Part shown: positions 48,927-60,553 of the stretch, one piece after another
How the letters are laid out: the number at the start of each line of letters is the position of its first letter
How positions within the stretch are numbered: position 1 is the stretch's first letter
Source: Vairimorpha necatrix
Taxonomy: Eukaryota
Assembly (NCBI GenBank): GCA_036630325.1
Contig: CP142731.1
Location: 620,001-684,000, forward strand
Length of the DNA stretch: 64,000 nt
Reading direction: 5' to 3'
The notes under the pieces: generated by a model
What the model saw: only the letters and a program-made list of their open reading frames with translations
Database searches by the model: none
Told to the model about the DNA's origin: nothing
Program-made: the position numbers and the translations under genes

Positions 48927-51900
48927 TTTATTTTCGTTTGTTTCTTTTCTCCTTCCATAAGATGGGGTAAAATATTATAAAAATATAAAGAAATATCCAA
49001 GCATTATAAATGCTCGGTTTAAGCGTAAGTAATTACGACATCCTCTCACCTCTAATAACAGCCTTTAAATGAGCTTTATTGGTTCTTCGTTCAGTCTTTC
49101 CATTTGTTACTAGGTATGCGTCGTCTGAAAGTCTTTTCAAAATTTTAAATCCTAAAGTCCAATTTGATCCCATTTTATTTTGAGTGGATCGAAATACGGC
49201 CACATCATCTCCTTCCTTATAAACATGTTTGGGTTCTTTTTTTCCTTTAATGATATGTTGCTTATATTTTTCAAATATTCTCTTCCTTGTCTTTTTTCGA
49301 TTATTCATTGAAATTAAAACTCTAGGTTGATTCAAAGTTTTATCTATATTCAATTCTGGTAATCTTCCTTTTTTATATACGAATGGTTAAGTCCCAATAT
49401 CTCTGTTATAAGATTAATTTACGGCTAAAGTTGCAACCTCCACCAGCTTTGTTCAATGACTCTTTCCAAAATCGGTAAGCTTTTTCAATTTGTTCATAAA
49501 TGTTTGGATCACACGTTCAACAGCTCCAGTGGTCCGATGATGGAATGGGGACGAGAAGTCCCATTTAATACCGACCCTTTGGGCCCAACCTGAAACCTTT
49601 GTATTTGCAAATTCTAGTCCACAATCTGATAATATTCTATTGGGGTTTTCGTTGGACTTATTCATAAATTCTATCAAGTACTTTTATAATTTCTACAGAG
49701 GGTTTCTGGTTGATTATTTTCGTCTTAATCCATTTAGTATGGTGGTCTATACAGATAACTATAAATTTGGTTTTACCGTTGTCATTTAATCTACCTACTA
49801 GGTCTCCTTCCCATAGTTCGTTGGGGTTTTTTGTTTCGATTACTTTATTTTTAGTTTTGACTTTTTTCGCCACCCACTTTTAAACATGTTAAACATTTGT
49901 TGTAATAGTTATCTATATCAGTGAACATTCCCTTCCGCCAGTATCTTTCTTTTATAATCGCTTTCATGTTATTTGCTGATCCATGTCCTAATGTAAAATG
50001 ATATTCTCTCAAAATATTCTGTCTTTCTATTATAGTTATATTCATATTCTCTTCGCGCGTTTTATGTACGCTACAAACTCTCGAGTATCCATCGGCTGCG
50101 TTGTCTTCACCTTTTATGTATTCGACTTTAAACTTATATTCTTGAAGTTTCATAGCCCATCTAAGTAATCTTGTAGTCAGGTCCTTGCATTCCCACAAAT
50201 AAACTAGCGCACGATGGTCGGTCTTTAATATAAATTCATTCCCTACAAGATAGTGCCGATAGTTTTCTATTCCTTTTACAACGGCCAGAAGTTCTTTGTC
50301 TGTTACAGAATAATTCAACTGATGTTTGTCAAAGCTTTTACTGTATACTGATATCATCCTCTCTGTGCCATTTGCGTCTACTTAAGCCAATATTGCTCCC
50401 ATTCCTATATTAGATGCATCGGTTATTAAAATAAATTCTTTGGGAAAGTCTGGCTGTATTCTTGAAGTCTCTTCAGTCAATTCTTTCTTTAATGATTCAA
50501 ATGTTAGGATGATTATCATCGTGTTCTATTTTCTTGCAGCTTTTTTTACTTTCTCCTTTTAATAAATTAAAAATAGGTCTTGATTTTTCAGCATATTGTT
50601 TTACAAATTCTCTACGATAATTTATTAATCCCAAGAAAGATCTTAGTTCTCTTAAATTAGTTGGAATCGGATATTTTTCTTATTGTCTCTATCTTTTCTG
50701 GGTCTGGTTTTATTTTTCCTTCAGTTATTACGTTTCCTAGTATCTTGAGCTCAGTCTTATAAAATTTACATTTTTTTAAGTTAAGAGTGATTTTGGCCTC
50801 TTTAATTTTAATTAATACGAGTTCCACATGCTTTTTATGTTCCGTAATGTTTTCTGAATAAATAATAATATCATCTAAATACGCAATAACAAATTCTCCC
50901 AAATATTCTCTCAAAATTCTATCCATAGTTTTTTGGAAAGTTGCTGGAGCATTGCAAAGCCCGAATGGCATTCTTACGAATTCATAATGGCCTGTTTTCC
51001 ATGAAAATGCAGTTTTTTTCTCTATCCTTCTCATCGACCTTAATTTATAATATCCTGATGTAGCGTCTAATGAAGTAAATATACTTGACTTATTAATTTT
51101 TCAAGAATTTCATCTATCCTTGGGATAGGGTATTTATCTTTTATAGTGATCTTGTTTAGTGGTCTGTAGTCTATACACATACGCAAGGTGCCATCAGGTT
51201 TTGTTACTGGTACTATTCTGCTGTTCCATGGACTCTTACTATAAGTGATAATGCCCAATTTAAGATTTTTGTTTATTTCATCGTCAATTGCTTTTTCATA
51301 GTGTATTGGGATTCGTGATGATTTACAGTATATCGGTTCACTTTCTCCGACATCTATATTATGTCTACCTTCTTGACAGGTCTGTTCTGTATTGATTTCT
51401 TCTTTAAACAGTTCTGGATATTTTTTCAAAATATCTTCCTTGCTTTTTAGATGTTCTTCTTCTTCGACCTGATTAATAGTTAGGAACTTCTCTATTATTT
51501 TTTTTGACACAAGTTTTTTATTTGTCAGTACTTTAATTAATATTTCTGGGTGCTGCGTTATCACATCTGTCCCAACTATGATGTATCTTGGTTCTGTTTC
51601 AGTAACAAGAGGAGAGAAATTTTTTTTGGATCCAAAGATTTCTATTTTGATATTTTTTAACTTTGCCGTTAATTTCATATCTGTTCCACAAGCCGATCGT
51701 ATCGTATTCTGATGTATGTATTCTTTCATATTAGAACTAACTATATCCCGATGTATTATCGAGACATCGGCTCCAATATCTATGAGACATAATCTTCTGG
51801 TATTGTCAATTTGTGCATATATAAAGAATTTGTTTGATGTATTGTTTAGCGTATTTACCGAATAAATAAAATCAGTTTTATTTTCATAGATTGTACTGTC

Positions 51901-52761
51901 TTGGTCAATTTCTTCTTCGTCTTCTTTCACTACATTAATTTTTTTTTATTTGATGGTTCTATCCAACCCATATTCTTTAGTTTTTTTATTGTGAAACAGA
52001 ATTCTGTATCATGATTACCCGTCCCATGGATCTTACAAAATCTTTTTTGTTTATGAGGGTTTTTATATTTAGTGGGTTTTGTATAGTTAGTTTTATTATA
52101 GGTGGTTGAAACTCTGTTTAGTAATTTATCTGGATATGCTATCCATGATAGTTGCTCTGCTATTTGGCAGAAGTGTTGCCAGTCTCTTGCCTTTTCGGCT
52201 GTTTCAAAAAGAGAGGCTTTAATTGTATCTGGGCACTTGCTAATGAGTACCTGCATTAATGCTCTTACATTCATAAAATTTTTGTTTAAAAGAAATGTTC
52301 CAGTCTTAAGTAATTCTGAAAATTCTTCTCTTGATAAGGGTGTAGGGGAAGTAAGGAATTTTGATAAGGTAAATTCCGTGTCATTATACTTGACAAATCG
52401 TTTCTTTAGAAGGGTTGTAAATTCATCGCCTCTTATTTTCCATTGCCTGCTTTAAAATAATAACGAAGCCCAAGAAAGAGCTATTCCTCCCAGCTTCATC
52501 ACTATCAGTTGCATTGAATCTTCCTCTCCCAAACCTGTTAATTTAGTAATAATCAGTAGATATCTTAGCCATACTACTATATCTTCGTCTGGATTACCAT
52601 GGAAATTTATTATACCATTGGCCATTGTCGCCATGTTAGTAAAATTATTTATTTTCGTTTGTTTCCTTTCTCCTTCCATAAGATGGGGTAGAATATTATA
52701 AAAATATAAAGAAATATCCAAGCATTATAAATGCTCGGTTTAAGCGTAAGTAACTACGACA
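48927..52761 (-). mobile_element. Gypsy element K (3' LTR clipped by J)
   Basis: 5' LTR 52634-52761; 3' LTR remnant 48927-49040; PBS TGGCGACAA (tRNA-Ser-like); gag, PR IDIGA, RT YLDD, RH and IN. Confidence 0.93.
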
Positions 52762-55604
52762 ATAATAAAACGATTAAATCTTCTACATTTTTAATCATTA
52801 ATGGATTTAACATTTATGACCAATTACAGAGAGATTACAACCATATTAGTATCTTAAAAGAAGAAAAAAATCTATTTGGTAAAAGTTGGAGACATTTGTA
52901 GAGAAAGAATATGTAATGCTAGAAAATTGGGACAAAAATGGAGCAAGAGGAAGAAGGTATTATGTGTCGGCAATAAAGGGTACTGGATCAAACCGAAATG
53001 AAATAGTAGATGGACTCATATTAAGAACATTAAACTCTATGGGGGCAGAATATGGTATTATAACCACATGGAAACGTTCATTTTCCCCAAAAACAAATTT
53101 CTTAAATATTTTTAAAAAAATTATTGTTGTTTCCCAACAAAAAGGAAAAGGAGGTGCGGACAAAGGACACAAACAATAAACAATTTATTTTTAAACAAAC
53201 CAGGCCCAAGGAGCCTATTATAAGTAGCTTACTAGAAGCCTACTTTCAACGAGGGCCCATTCCTCGTGACCACACAAGTCCTAAGAAGGATCGTAATTTC
53301 TTCTTACTTTTAGGAACTGGTAATCCTTGAATGCTTTTCATTCTTTCTCCATCCACACTTATTCCCTCTTTTAACACAACATGACCTAGGATTTTTATGT
53401 GGGTATTTTGAATTCGCACTTTTTCTTTTTAAGTTTTAGTCATACTGATTGAGCTTTTCTAGTACCCTCTTCTCATCTCTCCTATGATCTTTTCCATTTT
53501 ACTATAAATTAGTATATCATCTATATATACTGCAACAAATTTGAATAAGAATTCTTTTAAAATGTTATTCATCGCCCGCTGAAATGCAGCAGGTCCATTA
53601 ACAAGCCCTAATGACATTTTTGTAAATTCAAATAATCCTTCTCTACAGGCGAAGGCTGTTTTTTCGATATCACACAAGGTCATATCAATTTGATGATATC
53701 CCGATTCTGCATCCAATCTTGTGAAGTAAGTAGCTCCCTCTAATGCATTAATAAATTCTTCTACTCGTGGCATTGGGTATGCATCTTTAATAGTCGCATC
53801 ATTCAATCTTCTATGGTCCACACATGACCTGTGGTCTCCATTCATTTTTGAAACAATTATTATCGGACTTCTCCATGCACTTTCACTAGATATTATGATT
53901 TCCATGTTCAATTATTCTTTTACTATTTTAGAGGCTATATCTTCTTTCGCATCACCTAACTTGTATAACTTTGCAAGTATTGGTTTATCATCTTTTGTGA
54001 TGATCTTGTGGTAACCTATGGCTTTACGCTTTGCCACTAACCCGGATTGGATTTCCATTCTATTATTCCCAGATATCAAAATTAATTGTTTTAAACAGTA
54101 ACTATGTCCTATGATACATGGAATAGTAATATCTCTTGTTATAATAAATTTATTTCAAATATCAACCCACTAATCAATCTTTATTTTAATTACTTTTTCT
54201 GCAATGATCTTTTTTTTCGATCCATTGGCTGCCCAAAACTGTTGTTTAGAACGATTAACGGCGGGGTTGTTTGGCAAAGCTCTGGTCTAAATAGATTTAT
54301 ATCAGCTCCAGTATCGTTAAGCATTTTAAACTTAGCTCATGAATCGTTTAAGGACGCTTTCTGAAGCGTAGTCCTACTATCCTCGAACTTTGGAACAGAG
54401 CAATTATAAATAAATTTCTTTAGATCTACCTTCTTTTTGACTTTTCTTGTCTTCTCTTATATCACTATGAAAACTATATAATTTACATCCTGACACTATA
54501 TGGTCTTTTTCCCGCGAATAAAACACCTTATTTAGCCGTTACTCACAGGATCCCCTTAATTTTAAAAGTGGTCCTTGCAACTTTTCGCTTTTGCATTCCT
54601 AATACCTCCCCTGCGAAATTATTGTATAACATCTATCTTCCCCAGCGCTAACATTACTTAGGGCTTTGTATATATATATATTCGTAAAATAATATGTCCT
54701 ACTGATTATTAAAACTATGTTTGCTATATGATTTAATAATCCTTTCAACACAAAGGCAATCAATATGTCTTTTGGAACATTCCCCCTTCGCGCCAATCCC
54801 GCCATCTTATCTAAATAGTTGACGAGATATCCACCATGATATTAAGAGGAGATAAGTTTATCTATGGTCACTTTCGTCGCCATGTTACCAACAAACCTTT
54901 CTTATAAAATTGTCAGTCTTTCAAGTTAAAGGCCAATTGGCTGGGGGATTATCCAATCCCTTGCCTCTTTTTTTATGCAGACATTTTTAACAGGAGTACA
55001 AGTTTACCCTCACGTACTCTCTCAGTCTTCTCACATCTAACAAGTCCTCCAAGAATTGCTGTATATCATCTTTCTCTTCATTTCTGAAAATGAGAAAGTT
55101 CCTGACGTTGTTGCCAAATTGTTGGAATGAAAACATGGGCTAATTTATTATAAAATATTTAAAGAACAACATATCAAATATTTTAGAATGGACGCTGCCG
55201 AATTCGTCATGTGTTACACTTCTTACCCTTTTAATTATAAAATTTTCTTGATTATCAAAATCTATTAAAAGTAATCCGTATAGTCAACAAAGATAAATGT
55301 GTGGATCCAATTATATATTGTAGAAAATAGACATGTTGTAATATGGAAAAAAGTAATCAATAATTCTTTTGATTAGCAAGGTTGCATAGGGAATTAAAAT
55401 TAAATAAAACTTAAGATAGAGCATCGAAAATACTTTTTATCAGGTATTGACTGGACATCATAAATTATAAAAAGCAATTTAATCATCTATACCATATGTA
55501 TTTGCCATTAAAATGCAGAAAATAACTTATAATAACAAAAACTAATGTGATCGGATAATCCCACGTTTTTGCAAAACATAAGTTAGCATATTAATCAAAA
55601 TATA

Positions 55605-56814
55605 GGCGCTACTTCATTTTCTTGCCCTCCCTAGAAAAAAAAATTATTTAGAAGAAATTTTATTTATTCCAACCTACAAAGTTTTAAAATTTTTATATAA
55701 GCACACCTATGATCAACATTATTGAAATGATTGATATTTTTTTTTCCAAGCGAATTCTTTTAGAAATAAATTTATCCTATGCCTTTTAAGCCCCATTCTC
55801 GATCTATATTCATTCTTCAAATGGGACCACAAATTTTCTATATTATTTGTGTGGTCTCCTTCCGCATTTATAAACCCAAGCGATTGATTTACTTTGTAAT
55901 GTTCACTCCCAAAATTTCTAGAGGCTGGGGGCATAAAGGGTATCCATCAGAAATTATAATAGAGCCACGTTTTACTCTGTGTCTAAAAAACTCTCTAATA
56001 GTACCAGATTGTCGATTCGGTAGCAATTCAAGAACAAATTCTCTACAGTTACCTTCTACTATGCCGCCTATAATCCATTGAATTCCAGACATGGAATTCA
56101 AAGTTGAAGAAAGATTAGATACAATTACCCCGTTGCATATGGCGGTTTCATCAAATTGTACACAAACAGAAGTTCCTCATATTTGGTAGCTATCATCGCT
56201 TTTAGAAGTAATGACTTCCATCACTGTATCCTTGATTTTAATATATGAATATTCACATATTTTGCAAAGATCTATTGCTTGGTAAGTAGTATAATTTAAT
56301 ACCCAGCCATAGAATGCTCTAAGAATTTCGTGAAATTGAACGCTTATCCCTTTAAACATCGTACCATTTTTAAGTGAGCTCTTCGAACTACACTTTTTAT
56401 TAACACAACGATAAGCTTTACTGTCAATTTAGCCGGAACATCCATTAATGTTCATACGAACAGTTCGTTCTGATGTCGAACAATGTCTGCAAGCAATCGA
56501 TCTTTTTAAAAGACCATTATCTAAAAAAAAATCAATTGCTGCTTCATTGTGCCTAAAGCACGCATCTTCGCAGATATTTAGCTCCCGAATAGCTTCCTTT
56601 AAATTTCTTATTAAGGATTAAAAAATTAAAATTTTTTAACCCCTTAATGAGAATCTGAATGAGGCATTTAAAAATTCTCAAATCGACAAAAAATACCTTA
56701 ACTTCATTTTTTTGCCCCCCTCAAAAAAAAAATGTTTAGATTTGAAAAATAACACGTTTTTGTATCTTTTTATGTATGTTTTTTTTTAGGGGAGCAAGAA
56801 AATGAAGTAGCCCC
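55605..56814 (-). mobile_element. Merlin transposon related to G (pseudogenised)
   Basis: TIR ggcgctacttcattttcttgc; QWIIGG, ISDGYP, HTNNIENLWS; TSD not preserved. Confidence 0.88.
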
Positions 56815-56829
56815 GAATAATGCATAAAT

Positions 56830-57268
56830 GACGGTTGCCTTACTTGTTTTGTTTGCTGTATAAATGCGGCTTTTCTCCTTGAGGTAATGCAATATAATAT
56901 ATCATCATGTTCTATTGTGGTTACTGATCAAAGGAGAACATATGTTGCTGTACAGATAAATCGCGCTGATAAGCACAGGACTATGAACCACGTCGTCAAT
57001 TTCGTTTACTTATACGATCCCGAGACACAATACCAAACAATAAAGAATTTGTTTTCGTTTCAAGAGATATATTTAGTAAGAATGGAATTAATAGGACAAC
57101 ACTCTGAGTACCTTTTATAGTTCCTTTGTCTTATAAAATACCCCCGAACCGATGTAAAAATAATCATCTTTTTTTTGATTTAAAATAAATTTTAAAGTCT
57201 CTTTATATATTTTTATTTTATATTTACTTTTTTAAATTAAAAATGCAGGTTTCAGACGGCCATGTACC
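56830..57268 (+). mobile_element. Truncated Merlin remnant related to the 34702/38648 family
   Basis: VVTDQ...MNH..NFV remnant; right TIR gacggccatgtacc. Confidence 0.7.
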
Positions 57269-57778
57269 GATTAAAGTATATTTAGAGATTCTACAATGTT
57301 GGATTTTAATATCGAATCAATATTTGATTTTGTAGTATCTTTCTTATTTAATTTAATTTAAATTCTAACTCGTATAATTATATGTACACAGATCTATAGC
57401 TATCATTTCTTTGTTTTAATTCTTTTAAAAAATTAAAAAATAATGCGAAATAAACAATAAACATTCATTGTGTGTTGTATGGTACAAAAATAACATACAT
57501 ATAGTTACAACAATGGAGATTCATCAGGAATTTATTCTTAAAATATCATAGACGTACAGAACTCAATAATTAACTAAAATATGTGTTGTCAACTAGCACA
57601 ATAATTTCTTTAAATAGAATTAAGGATAAATACCGACAATATCAACTTGGTAGTGGGAATGGTTTTTCATAAATCACTTATTTTACTTTTGTTATCATGT
57701 TAAAAAACATGACTTGTCATATTTGTCCTGTTATATTTATATCTACATTATAATCTTTTGTATTAATAAATTTGTTTC

Positions 57779-57912
57779 ATTGTTTATGTTTGTGTGCGAT
57801 ATTGTTTAAGTTCCATTTTAAAATTGTTTAAGTTTGTTTGCAATATTGTTTGAGTTTGTTTGTAATATTGTAAAATTGTTTGAGTTTATATGTAAAATTG
57901 TTTAAGTTTGTT
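57779..57912 (+). promoter_or_regulatory. Six-copy ATTGTTTRAGTT motif array upstream of the EnP1-like gene
   Basis: Copies start at 57779, 57801, 57823, 57845, 57875 and 57897. Confidence 0.6.
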
Positions 57913-57975
57913 GATTAAAAAGTTATTTAAACAAACAAATAAAACTATAAATAAAGAAAAAAATTTAACCCCAAT

Positions 57976-59412
57976 ATGTTTTTCGTGAACTTGCTCATTG
58001 TTTTCATTAAAACAATAAGACCATTTACTGCTGTCATTGCAGAAGGAACATGCGAACAAATACCCGAAGATATTTGTAAGGCTGTAGGTAGACGAGGGGT
58101 TGTAGCTAATTCTACAAATATCAATGCCATGGTAAACTTATTGAATAAAATGAACATTGAAAAGGCCTATGTATTTGGGTGGGAAGATTGCCCCGAGACC
58201 ATGGTATTGTATTCTAATGGAGCTCTTGTCCCATACATCAAAGACAGAATCAGTAGTAAATACGCAATGTGCATAGGAGATTGTCCATGTAGACCTAAAA
58301 TACTAGGTGAATCTACTAAAGAATGTTGTGCTATTAAGGAAGAGAGACCTAAATCATGTTGCGGAGCAAAGAATGTAGAATCCAAGACCTGTTGTAGTAC
58401 AGGTAAAAGGGCCGAAAGTCTATGCTCGTGCAATCAGATGCTAGTCAACAAATCTGGTTTTACATTGAAAAGCCAACCTCACGTGTCGTGTTGTAATACG
58501 CAAGAAACAACATCATTCTGTAACATTAAAGATCATGAAGGTAAAATGTCAGAACCCAAAAAGTGTTTTTTAACTCAAGAATCAGCGCCCCGTCAATTTG
58601 AAAGATATAAAGGTTCATGTTGTTACATTGACAAGAAATCGTGCTGTAGGCAGACACGACCGAGAGCTTGCACCAATGATCGTAAAAATAATTGTAGATA
58701 TCAATTAAATAAAAGACCGTGCTGCAGTTATGATTATAAACAGCATTGTTTTAAAACAAAAAGATGTAATATTGATAAAAACTCATACAATGATAAGTAT
58801 CATAAGCGACGACCTTGTGATAATCGCTCATATTGCTTATCCTCAAGATCATGTTGTGATAATGAACACTACGAAGAATCTCATGGATTAAGACAAGAAA
58901 GCGAGTCTTCTTCAGACATTTATATTCAGAGCTCGGAAGAATATTGTGACGTGAAAATAGATAATTGCTTAGTACCTCCTACTATCGAACATAATGAATA
59001 TTTTCAAGAATTTTTTTATGCCGATGAAGAAAGAAAAAATAAAACGACGACAATAAAATCAAAATCTTTTGAATTTAAGACAGTCGAAGATGGAAATATT
59101 TCTTTAGCAGAAAATGAACACACATATCAACACACAAAAAAAGAAATAGTAATTGACAAATGTGATGGTAAACTGTTGAAAATTCCTAGAAAATTATATG
59201 ATCCATTCCTACTCTATCAAATTACTAGTAAACTCAGTTCCAAGCATCGTATGCCCGTGTGTCTATATATCACTGACGATGATTTATTATTTGTGATGAT
59301 AAATCATAAGATGTATTACGTTGACATAACATGTAGAAAGTTAGTACTTGAAGAAGTATGTAATAAAGATAGGGAAATGCTTCAATTGCATCTCATAAGA
59401 TTTAGAAATTAA
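57976..59412 (+). CDS. EnP1: Cys-rich microsporidian spore-wall protein, EnP1 family (478 aa)
   Basis: Signal peptide; MNIEKAYV..W..MVLYSNGALVP..KY..C...CPC matches my recollection of the Encephalitozoon EnP1 N-domain; aaatttaacccc before ATG. Confidence 0.8.
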   Translation: MFFVNLLIVFIKTIRPFTAVIAEGTCEQIPEDICKAVGRRGVVANSTNINAMVNLLNKMNIEKAYVFGWEDCPETMVLYSNGALVPYIKDRISSKYAMCIGDCPCRPKILGESTKECCAIKEERPKSCCGAKNVESKTCCSTGKRAESLCSCNQMLVNKSGFTLKSQPHVSCCNTQETTSFCNIKDHEGKMSEPKKCFLTQESAPRQFERYKGSCCYIDKKSCCRQTRPRACTNDRKNNCRYQLNKRPCCSYDYKQHCFKTKRCNIDKNSYNDKYHKRRPCDNRSYCLSSRSCCDNEHYEESHGLRQESESSSDIYIQSSEEYCDVKIDNCLVPPTIEHNEYFQEFFYADEERKNKTTTIKSKSFEFKTVEDGNISLAENEHTYQHTKKEIVIDKCDGKLLKIPRKLYDPFLLYQITSKLSSKHRMPVCLYITDDDLLFVMINHKMYYVDITCRKLVLEEVCNKDREMLQLHLIRFRN

Positions 59413-60553
59413 ATAAATACTTAGTGTAACATATTTTCTCAATACACAAAAAAAACACTTTTCTTTAACACTTCTTTTTTTTCTGATATATTACTATTAA
59501 AGTAATGACTTAAAAGTTTGAATTTGAATCTTATAATAATGTGTCTTTGTAAAGAACTCATGTCGTTTACAAGCGTGAAATATGCATTATTTATTTTTTA
59601 TGAAAATCATTATTAATAGAGTTTATTTCTAATTGATATTTGCTCGAACAAACATAATAATACTAATCTACATAAAAACTTCGTTTAGCATATTTTTACT
59701 AAAATTTATCTTAATCATATTTTTTTTTCTTGGCTTATATACTTATAAAATCATTTTTTTGTTGTAAAAGGTCTACGTATTACTAGACGTAAAATTTAAT
59801 GAGTTTAGAAAGATTTAGAAATGATATATTTATTTTAAATCATCAATTTGTATTTTGTAATTGACAATTCGTTATGTACGGTAATATATTAATTAAATTT
59901 ATATTTTATGTTTTAATTCGTTTTGAATGAGATCTACGATATATTTTATGATATATTTCGTAGGGACCAGGGTATACATCATATCATGAGACTTAAAAGC
60001 ATCGGCATTAGAGTATAGTTTTTTGTACTTAAAAATTGGGATATGAAACATTTGGATTCATTTCACCTTTAGATCATTATTACTATAAGTCACATCTATG
60101 TCAGATTAACAAACTCTGATTAAACTTTCTATTTTTAAACAACCCCATTTTTGTGGCTATAAAGTCAATGATGGCATTATATTTTTTATATATCTACTTC
60201 TACTATATTACACTAATAATGTTAAATGGTTTTTATTTTTTTCGTGTTTTAAAACACACCAATTTTATAACTTCATACTTATTGTGTCATTAAGATTTAA
60301 TCTAGTTGAGATTCTCAAACTGATTTTTCGAAGAGCATGTATTATATTTTTATACATCTCTATTCGAATTATGTTTTTGTAAAACTTAAATCCAATATAT
60401 CATAAAGACATTTTTTAGAATTTTTTTAACATTTCCACAAAAAAAAACGAAAACATATTACTCAAAAAAAATGTGTATAATTAGTATAAAACAATTGAAC
60501 CTAAAACATTTAGAAGATACTTCATTATAGGTATTAGGTTGGTATGATTTAAT

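Larger units (their letters stand above)
18745..53276 (+). mobile_element. Gypsy element B, second shell, fragmented by many insertions
   Basis: Related LTRs at 18745-~18966 and 53051-~53276 with PPT gggggcagaa. Domains in order: gag 18980-20030, PR LDSGS ~24370, RT pieces 24800-33700 (LVVDY, FIDD), RH 33740-34100, probable IN tail 52762-53050. Confidence 0.75.
17312..55218 (-). mobile_element. Gypsy element A, outermost shell of the nest (degenerate)
   Basis: 99-bp LTRs at 17312-17410 and 55120-55218 (83/99 identical by hand); PBS-like tggcaacaac; gag/PR/RT in 53277-55110; RH/IN in 17450-18744; no clean TSD. Confidence 0.75.

Noticed and set aside
20228-52721. Frameshifts in Gypsy ORFs as programmed frameshifting
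   Set aside because: They fall inside domains, often at A/T homopolymers; decay or sequencing error is more likely
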